A DNA stretch of 64,000 bases, from positions 1 through 64,000 of the forward strand of contig JBCBZJ010000004.1 in assembly GCA_039815375.1 (NCBI GenBank). The letters are read 5' to 3'. The notes beneath the pieces are model-generated. The model saw only the letters and a list, made by a program, of their open reading frames with translations, was not told the origin of the DNA and did not search any database. Both the position numbers and the translations under genes were made by a program. This document shows, in pieces, positions 9,628 to 20,566 of the stretch. The DNA comes from Verrucomicrobiota bacterium (GTDB taxonomy: Bacteria; Verrucomicrobiota; Verrucomicrobiia; Opitutales; Coraliomargaritaceae). Positions within the stretch are counted from its first letter, which is position 1. The number at the start of each line of letters is the position of its first letter.

Positions 9628-11808
9628 ATGAATTTCGTAGAATTTTCACTTGGAGGCTTTCGAGGACTAGTTCGACAAGACTTAGTTGAGGGTCTTTCCG
9701 AAAGCCGACTCTCGAGTTTACACAAAGAAGTTGCGACAGCGAGTGAGGGCGTTCTTGCACGTCGTAGAAATCAGGTAGTCGTGCGGGAGTTCAAAATTGA
9801 CAGAAAACCTTGTCAAGTAGCAGTAAAGAGCTTCGGGCGGCAAGCAGAATGGAAAGATGGATACGACAAGAAGCGTGGCACCAAAGCAGCGCGGTCCTTT
9901 GAAGCAGCCGTTTATCTTCAAGACCACGGCGTTGGGACACCGCCCCCCCTGGCTTACCTTGAGCGCTGGGACGGTGATCGAATTGCCGAAAGTTTTTACC
10001 TATCCGCCTATCTGGGCGAACTGCAAAGCTTCAAGACTCGGCTTACCAACCTATATGCCTCAAAAGGGCCTTGTGCGGAACTAGTCAGTTTACTGGAGCA
10101 AGTTGCAACAGCGGTGCGAAAGATGCATGACGCGGGCTTCTATCATCGCGACTTAGGCAACCAGAATATTGAACTCCTTCCGGATAGCCCTAGCGGCGAT
10201 GGTGCGGTCCAGTTTTTGGATTTAAATCGTGGCCGAATACGCGACCAGCTCAGCCCTGAGGAAAGAGCTAAAGATTTTGCCCGACTAAACATACCGTCTG
10301 CTTTTCTCCTCATCTTCATACGGCTGTATTGGAATTTAAAAACGCCCAAAGACTTTGAGCGCCAAGTAAATAAGCAGCGTCGGCTCTTCACAATATGGCA
10401 AAAGAGCCGACTCATAAGGCACCCGATTAAGAGCATCCGCAAAGCATGGAAGCTTCGCAATCACCCCACCTCCAGAATCGAAGATATCTGGATCTGGGAT
10501 GACCGATCCGCTCAGGCCTCAATCATGCTAAATAAGGCGGACCGTAGAAGATGCTACTCATGGCTAAATCATTGCAAAGTCGCCTACTCGAACCTGAAAG
10601 CGATTAAGTCTGTGAAGCGAAGCTATGACGAGCAGCTAAAAAAAGCGTTTAGCGACAAAGTCGATCTCTCGCAACGGATCGGAATGTCCCTCGAGCCAGC
10701 AGATGTAGAATTTGAGCCACAATTAGAGTTCCTCTACGAACTAGGACATATACCTGTTTTACTTCGCTTTGGTCACCATGAGAGTCGGGAACAATGGGAC
10801 AGAACATTGCACTATCTAAACCAGATTCATGAGCAGGGGCACTCGATCATGGTTGCCATTTTGCAAGATCGAGAAGCCTCGCTGAAACCAGAATCATGGA
10901 CTAGTTTCCTTGAGTATATTTTTAGCAACATCGCTGGCAAGGTAGAGACTGTAGAGATCGGTCACGCAATGAATCGCGTCAAATGGGGCGTCCATAATCT
11001 GACCGAATACCGCAGATTGATGCTCCCAGTTATGAAGTTGCGCAAAAAATACCCCCAGATCGGGATTGTCGGCCCTGCCTGCATCGACTTCGAGCTACAT
11101 CACACTGTAGCGGCACTCGATCACCTGCCGAAAGGCCTTCAATTCGATGCCCTGTCACACCTTTTATATGTCGACCGGAGAGGAGCTCCCGAGAACAAAC
11201 AAGGGCGCTTTGCCACCGTAGAGAAAGCTGCTTTGCTCAAAGCGATTGCATCCACCTCAGATCGTTGCAATGACCGTGTCCTTGTCTCAGAAACCAATTG
11301 GCCTCTGGAATACACAGCCGAATGGTCTCCTGTAGCCGCGTCGCACGTCGCAAAAGGCACAAGAGGGAGCCGCGTTCATGTTACGGAAGAGCAATACGGA
11401 AATTATATGATCCGGTATTTGGCGCTGGTGCTCTGTTCGGGTCTGGTCGAACGCGTCTACTGGTGGCGTCTGGTTGCCCATGGGTTTGGCCTGGTCGATG
11501 AGCGAGATCCAGGCGGTTGGAGAAAGCGAATCGCATTTAAAATGCTCCAGACTTTTCTGCAGGAGTTGGGCCAAGCGACCTTTATCGAAAAACTCGATAT
11601 GCCAGAAAGTGTCTATGCTTTAAAGTTCGTTCGCGACGATGGCGAAATCGCCCTTCTTTGGTGTAACGCTCGCAAATACGAAGGACCGTGGCCGCTCGCT
11701 TTTGACAAAGCACTAGACTCAAAAGGTGAAGCAATCAGCCTCAGTGAGGTCGGCGACGAACCAGTGTATCTCATTAAAACAAAGCAACGAACATCTGACT
11801 ACGTTTGA
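9628..11808 (+). CDS. Kdo/WaaP-like LPS kinase fused to a glycoside-hydrolase-like barrel
   Basis: VAVKSF, HRDLGNQN, FLDLNRG in N-terminus; FDALSH, VSETNW, RVYWW in C-terminus. Confidence 0.7.
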   Translation: MNFVEFSLGGFRGLVRQDLVEGLSESRLSSLHKEVATASEGVLARRRNQVVVREFKIDRKPCQVAVKSFGRQAEWKDGYDKKRGTKAARSFEAAVYLQDHGVGTPPPLAYLERWDGDRIAESFYLSAYLGELQSFKTRLTNLYASKGPCAELVSLLEQVATAVRKMHDAGFYHRDLGNQNIELLPDSPSGDGAVQFLDLNRGRIRDQLSPEERAKDFARLNIPSAFLLIFIRLYWNLKTPKDFERQVNKQRRLFTIWQKSRLIRHPIKSIRKAWKLRNHPTSRIEDIWIWDDRSAQASIMLNKADRRRCYSWLNHCKVAYSNLKAIKSVKRSYDEQLKKAFSDKVDLSQRIGMSLEPADVEFEPQLEFLYELGHIPVLLRFGHHESREQWDRTLHYLNQIHEQGHSIMVAILQDREASLKPESWTSFLEYIFSNIAGKVETVEIGHAMNRVKWGVHNLTEYRRLMLPVMKLRKKYPQIGIVGPACIDFELHHTVAALDHLPKGLQFDALSHLLYVDRRGAPENKQGRFATVEKAALLKAIASTSDRCNDRVLVSETNWPLEYTAEWSPVAASHVAKGTRGSRVHVTEEQYGNYMIRYLALVLCSGLVERVYWWRLVAHGFGLVDERDPGGWRKRIAFKMLQTFLQELGQATFIEKLDMPESVYALKFVRDDGEIALLWCNARKYEGPWPLAFDKALDSKGEAISLSEVGDEPVYLIKTKQRTSDYV

Positions 11809-11977
11809 ATCACGAGAAAGAGCGCTGAAAAAATCAATGGATGAACATCATTTGAATCTAAGGACCCTGATTTAACAGAAAGCCTCAGATGACAAAGTAT
11901 CCTCCATTGATTGAAAACGAAGTTTCTGCCAAAAATCCGACTTGGAAGCTCTTACGAATCCACTCAGGTTTGTTCCA

Positions 11978-13087
11978 GTGAAGGTCATCCAAATACTCCC
12001 AGAACTGAATGCCGGCGGTGTCGAGCGCGGCACTCTGGAAGTGGGAAAGTGTTTAGTCGAAGCAGGACACGAGTCGATCGTAGTATCCAACGGCGGCCGC
12101 CTGGTAGAACAGCTCGAAGCAGACGGTACTCGTCATATCACCCTGCCCATCCACAGGAAGCATCTTTCATCGCTGAAACAAGTTAAAGTGCTACGTCGCC
12201 TTTTCGAAGCCGAAAAAGCCGACATCCTCCATTTACGCTCTCGTCTTCCCGCGTGGCTGGCATGGCTGGCATGGCGAAAGATGAACCCGGCTAATCAACC
12301 TCGACTCGTCACCACCGTTCACGGCTTTTACTCGGTCAATGCTTACTCCGCCATCATGACAAAGGGCGAGCACATCATTTGTGTTTCGAATAGCGTGAAA
12401 GATTATGTCCTCAAAAACTACCCGAAAGTCTCGGAAGAAAAACTAACTGTAATCCATCGGGGCGTTTCTTCAGAAGCCTTCCCAAGCGGATACCAACCCA
12501 GTTCAGAGTGGCTCATGCAGTGGCAGGCCGAATACCCTCAACTTGCAGGCAAATACATTGTTACCCTACCAGGCAGAATAACCCGTTGGAAGGGGCAACT
12601 TGATTTCGTCAAAGTTATCGCCGGGCTCAAGTATAAGGGTATTCCGGTACACGGTCTAGTAGTAGGTAGTCCGCACTCTGATAAGTTGGAATTTTTCAAC
12701 GAACTCAAGCAAGCGATCAAAGCGGCCGATCTTGATGCAGATATAACACTCACTGGCCATCGCTCTGATATGAAGGAAGTCATGGCTGCCTCCCATGCCG
12801 TCGTCTCACTCTCAACTGAACCGGAAGCCTTCGGCCGCGTCAGCCTGGAAGCACTATCTGTCGGCAAACCAGTAGCCGGCTACGCTCATGGCGGCGTGGC
12901 CGAGCAGCTTGAGGCTCTTTTTCCCGAAGGACAGGTCCCTGTAGGGAACACATCGAAAATGATTCAACTTCTTGCGAATTGGACAAGCGACCGAGGTTCA
13001 CCTGCTCGAAATGCTGCATTCACCCTCAATTGCATGCTGGGAGAAACGCTCTCGATTTACAATAAGCTCGCTGAGAGAAGTGGGTAA
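11978..13087 (+). CDS. Glycosyltransferase family 4
   Basis: [36 protein letters not shown] start chosen. Confidence 0.85.
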   Translation: MKVIQILPELNAGGVERGTLEVGKCLVEAGHESIVVSNGGRLVEQLEADGTRHITLPIHRKHLSSLKQVKVLRRLFEAEKADILHLRSRLPAWLAWLAWRKMNPANQPRLVTTVHGFYSVNAYSAIMTKGEHIICVSNSVKDYVLKNYPKVSEEKLTVIHRGVSSEAFPSGYQPSSEWLMQWQAEYPQLAGKYIVTLPGRITRWKGQLDFVKVIAGLKYKGIPVHGLVVGSPHSDKLEFFNELKQAIKAADLDADITLTGHRSDMKEVMAASHAVVSLSTEPEAFGRVSLEALSVGKPVAGYAHGGVAEQLEALFPEGQVPVGNTSKMIQLLANWTSDRGSPARNAAFTLNCMLGETLSIYNKLAERSG

Positions 13088-13111
13088 TTCTGATCGAAAA
13101 TCGTTCAAGTA

Positions 13112-13915
13112 ATGGCTAAAAACCCTGATAAGAAAAGTATAGGTAGATGGTCTTATTGTAAACCGTTCCTCTTATGGGTGAACCGCGATCAACACATCGC
13201 TTGGGCACGTAAAATCGTCGCAAACATTGACTCAATCCCCAGCCGCAATCATCGCCAGATGGCTTTCCTCGAAGAGCCTGACGCAGAAACCGGAGCCGTT
13301 TTCATCAAAGTTAACCACAAAGACAGGAAGAGCTGCTTTCCGAAAACAGGAAACATCATCGATACAATCCGAGAATCGAGAGCCTACCTTGAGTTCAGCA
13401 AAAAAAATATTCCGGCACCCGGGCTTCTTTTCTATGCCATAGAACCGTTTTCTTTGAATGGCCGTGGAATACTCGCCCGCCAAAAAGTTGATGGCCAGAC
13501 CAGCTACGAAATCGCTAAAACTGCAGAGACCTCCGAAGCTCAGCTTAACGCGTTGCGAAAGGCCCTGTCGGCCTTAGCCCACATCCATCGCGCGGGCTAT
13601 TCGCACGGCGACGCCTCACTTTATAATTTTCTCGAACAGAATGGCCGCCTCTCAACGATCGACCTCTCAAGAACGAAGAAAATGACACCTGCGAGTCAAT
13701 CCAGAGACACCATTCGCATGCTCAGCCACGCCTTCGCAATAGAGGGTAATCACGCAACTACCGAGGAACTTATTCGCGTATACAAGGAACAGAACTTCCT
13801 CCCAGAATCGCGGGAGACTCTCCTCAAAGAGGCCGAACGTCTCTCCTTTCGCTATAGCAAACTTTCCCGCTGGACAGCTCCTGAGGATAGAACAATTACC
13901 ATCCGCGATCCCTAA
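13112..13915 (+). CDS. Lipopolysaccharide kinase-like (Kdo/InaA family)
   Basis: VFIK, HRAGYSHGDASLYNFL, IDLSR. Confidence 0.7.
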   Translation: MAKNPDKKSIGRWSYCKPFLLWVNRDQHIAWARKIVANIDSIPSRNHRQMAFLEEPDAETGAVFIKVNHKDRKSCFPKTGNIIDTIRESRAYLEFSKKNIPAPGLLFYAIEPFSLNGRGILARQKVDGQTSYEIAKTAETSEAQLNALRKALSALAHIHRAGYSHGDASLYNFLEQNGRLSTIDLSRTKKMTPASQSRDTIRMLSHAFAIEGNHATTEELIRVYKEQNFLPESRETLLKEAERLSFRYSKLSRWTAPEDRTITIRDP

Positions 13916-13937
13916 GGACTTTGGAAGAAGCCCTCAC

Positions 13938-15026
13938 TCAGCTCGAAACGATCTCAGACAATTTGCCCAAATACGTTCCCTTCGAGAAGCGGGTCGCATC
14001 TGCAAAGACATCCATCCGGAAGTGCTTCATCATCTCAACACCCTCAATGTAGCAGCCCTGCTTGTCGTATGCGATCGGGACCACACTATCGTAGATTCCC
14101 GACTTAACGGTGAGTCTTTCGGCCCTTGCTGAAGTGTTCAGCCGCAGCTTGCAGCAGATGTCCTCAGATACGGAATCATTCAAACTACCGATCCGGGCTT
14201 TTAGCTCCTCTCTGTAACGATCAAAAGATTCTTCTAATCGAGCCGGGATGACAGAGGGTTCCCTCGATTCCCAATCAATGGATCGGCTTGGCTTTCCATC
14301 CTTAATCCAGACGATATTCATAAACTCTTCGTAACCTGAAAACCGCCCACGGCTCTTGGGTTTGTCTTCGAGAATCACGACAACCGGTGTGCCAAAGCCG
14401 ACACAGGGCAACGCAGTATGCAACCGCCGCGTTACAACCAGCTCCGCTCTCCTTAAAATGTCGCAGGTCGCAGCGATGCGCGTCCATCGTGCAAATGGGT
14501 TCTTTACAATGTCCGGAGTGGTGAAGTTCGTGAGCGACCTCGAAGCGTCCTTTACATGCTGTGGGATGAGGCCATCTGCCTCGGGAACGTCAACAAAGAC
14601 GATACCACTTCGCTCCTCAGCTGGTATTCTGCGAAAACGCTTACCCATGAATAGAGTGATGCAGCCACTATAGTAAGAATCGACTCCGGCTGCTTTAAGT
14701 TTATCCGCAGTCCTCAAGTCACGCGATCCGATCGGCTCATTCTCCTTTAGGTAGCCCAACCAATCCGTCTCCAAGAGCACGTCGCGCCCCAAACAAAAAC
14801 CAAAGAAAATCGGATCGATCTGCGATCTCGGCAACCGCTTGTAATTCTTAACGAGAAACCAGGAAGCCATCGTGCAAAGGTGTTGCTCCTCGAGTTTTGC
14901 CACATCAAGACGATCACGATTCACAAGAGTATCCAGCCAAGGATACTGTGAAACCGCAGCAATCGCCTGCATGTCATCACCAAGATTCGGAGTGCTGTAA
15001 CCGAAGGCTGCAACTTTCTGTTTCAT
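13938..15026 (-). CDS. Polysaccharide pyruvyl transferase family protein
   Basis: NLGDDMQ, PIGSRD, VVTRRLHTALPC; start moved to MKQKVAAF. Confidence 0.75.
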   Translation of the reverse strand: MKQKVAAFGYSTPNLGDDMQAIAAVSQYPWLDTLVNRDRLDVAKLEEQHLCTMASWFLVKNYKRLPRSQIDPIFFGFCLGRDVLLETDWLGYLKENEPIGSRDLRTADKLKAAGVDSYYSGCITLFMGKRFRRIPAEERSGIVFVDVPEADGLIPQHVKDASRSLTNFTTPDIVKNPFARWTRIAATCDILRRAELVVTRRLHTALPCVGFGTPVVVILEDKPKSRGRFSGYEEFMNIVWIKDGKPSRSIDWESREPSVIPARLEESFDRYREELKARIGSLNDSVSEDICCKLRLNTSARAERLTVKSGIYDSVVPIAYDKQGCYIEGVEMMKHFRMDVFADATRFSKGTYLGKLSEIVSS

Positions 15027-15153
15027 AAAAAAAGGGGGCTTAATCGAAGACTGCAAAAACTCCAGCGGTTTTCTTAACAAATCCTGAAGAGATACTTCCG
15101 GGACTTCAGGGTCAATAAGAACAACTCTACAGCAGTTTTCCGTCTTCGGTAGA

Positions 15154-16167
15154 TCATTCCTCCCCTTGGTGCCCGAGTCCCACAACCTCTAAAATCAGCC
15201 CTGTAAGCTTGGATGTCGGATTTCTGCGCAAAGAAACCCAACCACCCGAGGGCACTGTGGCAGGCTCAATTCCAGGCAAAGTTTGAACGACCAGATAGCC
15301 GGACTGCTCAAGCGTGTCCAAGTTCCCCAGCAAGCGTTTGCCCACCTGACCTCTGCCCGAAAGCAGGGAAAATACTGGTCGGCCTGAAGATACGGCCTCA
15401 TGCGTCATCGACATACTGTCCGCGGTCACAAACAAGCGCTCGCAGCCCCCCATCATCGAAAGTAGGGAGTGATCCGCTGAACTTCGGTCATGGAACCAAA
15501 GGGCGCCGACGCATATACCAGAATCTTCGAACAAAAAACGTAGCTTGGCTTCCACGGCCAGAGGAGTTCGGCGAGAGGTAGCAACCCGGATATGCACTCC
15601 AGCCTGTTTTGCCTGCGCAATCAGTATATTCGCAAGTGCCAGAAAATCTTCCTCCTGCCAAATGACACCTTCACCATCGCCACCGATCAGAATTCCCCAA
15701 TCCTGCGCTGGTTCAAACCCTGCCTCTTCAGCTGCGCGCCGAGCACTTTCGAAAGTTACATTTGAAGGAATAACCTCAAGTTTATAACAGGGCAGTTCAT
15801 TTGACGGTGGATCGTGTGAGGCCACTACAACGAAAGCATCCAAGGGAACCGACCGGGGTGAACCTAAAAAGACATTGGCGATTCCAGTTTGCCGAGCCAG
15901 CGCAACGTTCGGCCATAGCGTTGCTCCACCCGCAGACACAATCAGGTCAACGCCCCCTGAATCGGGAAGCCCCTTCACGAACCACCGAACAGGTAATGAT
16001 AACCCGATGCGGCCCAGATACCGAAGAACCGGACGAACGAAAGGAAAGCGCCACACGAGGTCATACTCCGTAAAATCAAGTTCAACTGTATCGCTGAGCG
16101 CACTAAATAAGCCAGATACCTTATTTTGGTGGCCTGCCTTTCCGTCTTTTATCCAGAGGGCTTTCAT
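15154..16167 (-). CDS. ELM1 family putative nucleoside-diphosphate sugar-binding protein
   Basis: DGKAGHQN, TSRRTP, VTADSMSMTHEA. Confidence 0.8.
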   Translation of the reverse strand: MKALWIKDGKAGHQNKVSGLFSALSDTVELDFTEYDLVWRFPFVRPVLRYLGRIGLSLPVRWFVKGLPDSGGVDLIVSAGGATLWPNVALARQTGIANVFLGSPRSVPLDAFVVVASHDPPSNELPCYKLEVIPSNVTFESARRAAEEAGFEPAQDWGILIGGDGEGVIWQEEDFLALANILIAQAKQAGVHIRVATSRRTPLAVEAKLRFLFEDSGICVGALWFHDRSSADHSLLSMMGGCERLFVTADSMSMTHEAVSSGRPVFSLLSGRGQVGKRLLGNLDTLEQSGYLVVQTLPGIEPATVPSGGWVSLRRNPTSKLTGLILEVVGLGHQGEE

Positions 16168-16874
16168 GCCAAAGGATGGGTGGAATCAAAAACAAATTTT
16201 TTCAGTGCGATCTCTCGATGAAAAAGAAGTGCAACCTGTCTCTTAGATTCCTCATCGTAATACTCGCGGTAGTCGACTTTGCCACTCGTGATCGCAGTTT
16301 TTTCGCGAGGCATGTCTCCATCAAAGGGTAGACAAAGCTTTTTGCAGATTGCATCAAACTGCTCCAGGAAATCTGCATAATCAGCGACTCGATCTACAAG
16401 GCACTTATCACCTTCGAAATAAAGCCGCGCATCGAGCGGGAGCCGATGCGACTTTGTCATCACGTAAGACTTAAAGTCCGGCATCTTCCTCTTCTGCCCA
16501 TACTTTTTCCAGTTGTAATACGATACAACCTTGTCCCACGGATTTCTCTCAAAACAGAACTTGTAATAAGTCTCCCAGACGTCTTCGCCAACCAGCTCAC
16601 GGACCCGCCAAGCTGGCATATGCTCGTAAAACCATTTTCCAAGCCTTGGAGAGTGTCGGTCGATACACTTTCTGAATAATCGAGAGCGCGCATAGCTGCG
16701 GCCCATCAAAGTATCTTCATGGAAATTACGCGGGATATCCGTGCCGACATTCGACTCCATCGGCGTAATAATATCGTCTGCCCCGCAAAGCGGCGCTAAA
16801 GCCATCTCCATACTGCTCCCGGCCGTCTTATGGGTTTTTATAAATATAAACTTATGTCGGTGGCTGACAATCAT
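16164..16874 (-). CDS. Sulfotransferase family 2 protein
   Basis: FIFIKTHKTAGSS (PAPS loop), FERNPWDKVVS. Confidence 0.8.
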   Translation of the reverse strand: MIVSHRHKFIFIKTHKTAGSSMEMALAPLCGADDIITPMESNVGTDIPRNFHEDTLMGRSYARSRLFRKCIDRHSPRLGKWFYEHMPAWRVRELVGEDVWETYYKFCFERNPWDKVVSYYNWKKYGQKRKMPDFKSYVMTKSHRLPLDARLYFEGDKCLVDRVADYADFLEQFDAICKKLCLPFDGDMPREKTAITSGKVDYREYYDEESKRQVALLFHREIALKKFVFDSTHPLA

Positions 16875-17827
16875 CCCTGATTGGATTTTGACGGCCTAAA
16901 ACGATCATGAAACCAAAAACCATCAAGAATACTTGAAGATAAGGCACGCTCCAGGGCTTCATTCGCGATCGTCGCACAGACTGCTCGGGATTTGATATCG
17001 GCACCCTTAGGAAACTCAATAAGTTGATACCGTAAGCGCCAGCGCATTCTGCCCAGAGTGACGAGTGACATACTGACCATTACAGATCCCGAACGTCGCA
17101 TGAACAACCCAGGCAGTGGCAGCGTCTTGACGAGTTTCCCAAAAAACGGGACCGATACTCCCTGCCGGGTGCGTTGATCCGCTAGAATCCCCAGCATACT
17201 TCCAGTCCTCAGGAAATCGACCGGCTTATGAAAGCCATCATTGCGACTGAACATTTTTGTTCCCAATGCTTCACGCTGCGATTTATACCACCTGTCCAGA
17301 TAAACGTTATTCAGAGGGCGATACATTGACCCTGTGGGATTCTTAATACCACGGGATGCCAGACTCTTACAAAGGTTCGTCATAGCCTCCCAAGGCCCCA
17401 TGTGCGCAGCAAGGAGTATAACACCGCCGCCCGCAGAAAAACCTTCGACAAGCGACTCATGCCCTTCGATTTTCAAGTAACGGCTAAGGCGCTCAGGCTC
17501 CATTTTGGACATAGAAAAGCCACAGAACAGATTGGCCCCACTGCGCATGAAAATCTCACGCACTTGCTCCTCCATCTCCATCGACGGCAGCGCATCAGGT
17601 TTAGATTCATACATCCATTCATGAATGATCGATAAGTTTTTACGGACTAAATCTCGGCGCCTCTTGAGTATTTTCCAGAAAACCCAGCCAAGTGATCGTC
17701 CAAAATGGTAGTTGAAAGCCATAGGCAAGTTCTGAAAAACAGTAATCAGCATTCTCGCTAAAACATACTGGCACCATTTAGAGAAGCCTTTGAAGCGGGC
17801 GGATTTTACTTTTGGATGACTCGACAT
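16871..17827 (-). CDS. Lipid A late acyltransferase family (LpxL/HtrB-like)
   Basis: HMGPWE, YRPLNN, LADQ, VPFFG, FWFHDRF. Confidence 0.8.
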   Translation of the reverse strand: MSSHPKVKSARFKGFSKWCQYVLARMLITVFQNLPMAFNYHFGRSLGWVFWKILKRRRDLVRKNLSIIHEWMYESKPDALPSMEMEEQVREIFMRSGANLFCGFSMSKMEPERLSRYLKIEGHESLVEGFSAGGGVILLAAHMGPWEAMTNLCKSLASRGIKNPTGSMYRPLNNVYLDRWYKSQREALGTKMFSRNDGFHKPVDFLRTGSMLGILADQRTRQGVSVPFFGKLVKTLPLPGLFMRRSGSVMVSMSLVTLGRMRWRLRYQLIEFPKGADIKSRAVCATIANEALERALSSSILDGFWFHDRFRPSKSNQG

Positions 17828-17836
17828 GAGAAGTAT

Positions 17837-18772
17837 TTATAGAGTGAAAAATTCCATAATCATGCGGGCAACACGATCCGTCTCGGCAAGAGGAGTATGC
17901 GCATCGACGGGCCTAATGATTGTCTTAGATTGAACATCAATTCCCGCCAGTCGACCCTCATCGCGAAGGCACTCAACCTCAGCAGCCACTCTGGAATCAT
18001 TTTCTTTAGAAGCTAAGCCAAAGACTCCAACTCGATTGATAGAAGTCATCGCCTCGTAGAGCATGGATACACTATCTGGGGTGACCCAAATCTCACTGGA
18101 CTCAAACATACGTTCAGCCACCCAGCCTTTCGGCGTAGCTGTATGAGGAACAAAACTAAGGTTTTCAAACCGCTTCGATTTTAATAAATCGATCATACGA
18201 TCAGGTGTTCGGCGAGAAGAAGTTAATGTCCAGTCCATCTGGCGGTGCTCGTTCAACAAAACGAGCAACTGCTCAAAAATATAGTCTGAATCCCATCGAT
18301 AATGCTTTGATTCTCCTCCTAGCAAAATCAATCCCTTCCCCGATTCCTGCGGCTCTGAAGCTCGAATCGTATTCAGAACACCCTTAGTCTTTATGACATT
18401 AGCCCTGTCTTTTGGGCGGTCGTGCTCCGGCACGATGCAGAGGTCAAAACAAGACAAAGGCATACTAGGCTTCATTAAGACAATCACTCGACCTCCAAAT
18501 CGACGCCGCGCAGCAAGCATCGGCAGATGTGTCGCATGTCCTGCTCCGATAAGCAAAGACGGGGCAGGAAGATGCCACCCCGCCTTGAAGGAAGCACAGG
18601 CATATTCTATTAAAGCCTTGGCTTTCGAGCCTACTCGCAGGTTATGAACTTCCAATCTACCAAGTCGCGACAATGCATCTACCATTCCTTCCGATTGCGA
18701 TTCGTGGCCTGGCCTACCATCCAAGAAACGCCAAACCACAAGAGGTTCAGCAACTGAAGGTTGAGTAAACAT
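17837..18772 (-). CDS. ELM1 family protein (second paralog)
   Basis: DGRPGHESQ, SSRRTP, VTPDSVSMLYEA. Confidence 0.8.
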   Translation of the reverse strand: MFTQPSVAEPLVVWRFLDGRPGHESQSEGMVDALSRLGRLEVHNLRVGSKAKALIEYACASFKAGWHLPAPSLLIGAGHATHLPMLAARRRFGGRVIVLMKPSMPLSCFDLCIVPEHDRPKDRANVIKTKGVLNTIRASEPQESGKGLILLGGESKHYRWDSDYIFEQLLVLLNEHRQMDWTLTSSRRTPDRMIDLLKSKRFENLSFVPHTATPKGWVAERMFESSEIWVTPDSVSMLYEAMTSINRVGVFGLASKENDSRVAAEVECLRDEGRLAGIDVQSKTIIRPVDAHTPLAETDRVARMIMEFFTL

Positions 18773-18836
18773 GAGTGTAATCGGGAGCAGGCTAGCTATT
18801 TTTCGTCGAGAAACACAAATCGATGTCACGATTCGT

Positions 18837-19709
18837 TCACAAGACGATAAAAAGTGATAAAAGCACTCCATACAACGCCACAACAAGCCCGGAAATCTTC
18901 AATGCAGCGAGAAATTCCTGCGGCGATAAAGATGGGGTGAGTCGATATCCAACAAACAGACTCAACCCTAGCGGCACTACGGAAATTGCTGTATCCCAAC
19001 CGAAAACTGAAACACTGCAATAGACCGTAATAATGATAACCAGAACCGTAGAGAAAATATACTGCCGTCGCGCAAAGTGCCGCCCCAGCAAAACAACAAG
19101 TGTCCGTTTGCCCGCACGCTTGTCCCCTTCGTAGTCTCGATAATTATTCACGATCAGGATGTTGTTGATGATCAGGCCGCATGCGAGCCCGAGTAACAGG
19201 GCATAAAAGCTCAGTGACTGAGCCTGGACGTAATAAGTACAGCCGACCGCTACAAAACCAAAGAAGATGATAACAAAAACATCTCCTAGGCCATTGTAGG
19301 CCAGCGGGTAGCTCCCTCCGGTATAAAGCCAGGCACAAAGCACGGAGGTAATGCCGACAGCGAGCAACCACCAGCCCCCATAAGGAATCAGCAAAAGACC
19401 GAGGCAAAAAGCGACCGCCAGGATGAAAAGCGTTGCGACTTTCATTTGATCGGCTCCGATTAAACCACTGGCTACTGCCCTCCGAGGCCCGATCCGATCT
19501 GCTGTATCTGTCCCCTTTATCCCGTCCAGATAATCATTCGCGAAGTTGGTTCCGATTTGAACAAGTAAAGCGAAAGCGAGACAGAGCAAAGCCGGCACCC
19601 AATTAAAAAGGCCTTCGACATAAGCCAAGGACGAGCCGACCAAAACCGGGCATGCCGCCGCCGAGAGCGTTTGAGGACGCGTCGCCTCCAGCCAGACACG
19701 AATCATCAC
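18837..19709 (-). CDS. menA: 1,4-dihydroxy-2-naphthoate polyprenyltransferase
   Basis: RPQTL, NFANDYLD..KGTD, NNYRD...D..AGKRTL; multiple hydrophobic helices. Confidence 0.9.
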   Translation of the reverse strand: MMIRVWLEATRPQTLSAAACPVLVGSSLAYVEGLFNWVPALLCLAFALLVQIGTNFANDYLDGIKGTDTADRIGPRRAVASGLIGADQMKVATLFILAVAFCLGLLLIPYGGWWLLAVGITSVLCAWLYTGGSYPLAYNGLGDVFVIIFFGFVAVGCTYYVQAQSLSFYALLLGLACGLIINNILIVNNYRDYEGDKRAGKRTLVVLLGRHFARRQYIFSTVLVIIITVYCSVSVFGWDTAISVVPLGLSLFVGYRLTPSLSPQEFLAALKISGLVVALYGVLLSLFIVL

Positions 19710-19730
19710 AAAGAATATTATTCAGCAGAA

Positions 19731-20390
19731 TCAGGACTCGCTTGATGCGGATCGACTTGAGTCGCTATGGATGTGGGCGAGCTTAGCCTTCGCCTTCGAA
19801 CGATTCGCGAAGAAGCGAAAGATCATGCGCAAAACAAAATAGAGCAGGATACAAACAAGCACTCCGGCAATTATGGGCACAAGGACTGCGAGACCCGCAG
19901 TGAGAATTGAACCTCCCAGCTCGGCGGTAGAAACTGCCGGATTACCGATACCTCCTGTGGTTGCCGAGGAAGTTCCACGAGCGATCACCGAAGCACCTTG
20001 AACAACACCTGCGGTGCCGCCTCCAGCAATTGTCGCTATGGCCCACTTAAAAGAGCCGTCCCCCATAAACTCTGGCATCATGGCACCAGTAATTAAAGTG
20101 CCCGCCCCAACAGCCAACGGGGAAGCGATTGTATCCAGGGCATTATCTATCCATGGAACATAATAGCCGGCGACTTCTACGGCTGTCGCTACACCGAGCA
20201 TAATTGTCACTGGAGTGCTGCCCAACCAGTGATGCTCCCCTAGAATCTCACTGACATTAAAACTACCGAGAAAGTCGACCTCCACACCCATATTCGCTGC
20301 CAAACTCGCGATAAACAAAGGAACAAAGACCCGGAAACCACAGGCAGCGGCCAGTCCAATACCTGCAAAAATTGCCGTAAACTCATTCAT
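19731..20390 (-). CDS. DUF4126 family membrane protein
   Basis: GLAAACGFRVFVP, YYVPWIDNALD, TTGGIGNPAVSTAE. Confidence 0.8.
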   Translation of the reverse strand: MNEFTAIFAGIGLAAACGFRVFVPLFIASLAANMGVEVDFLGSFNVSEILGEHHWLGSTPVTIMLGVATAVEVAGYYVPWIDNALDTIASPLAVGAGTLITGAMMPEFMGDGSFKWAIATIAGGGTAGVVQGASVIARGTSSATTGGIGNPAVSTAELGGSILTAGLAVLVPIIAGVLVCILLYFVLRMIFRFFANRSKAKAKLAHIHSDSSRSASSES

Positions 20391-20566
20391 AACAGAAAAG
20401 ATACTAAGTATTTTGACCTCCAATGAAAGTATAGAGTTCCCGATTGAATACTCCTACGGCAGCAATAGACCTGCAAAAAAGAATTGGACTTCATTTGAAA
20501 GCCCCATATATTACCTCACAAAAGGTTGATTCGTCATCTACACAAAGTCTATATTTACTGTTAATT

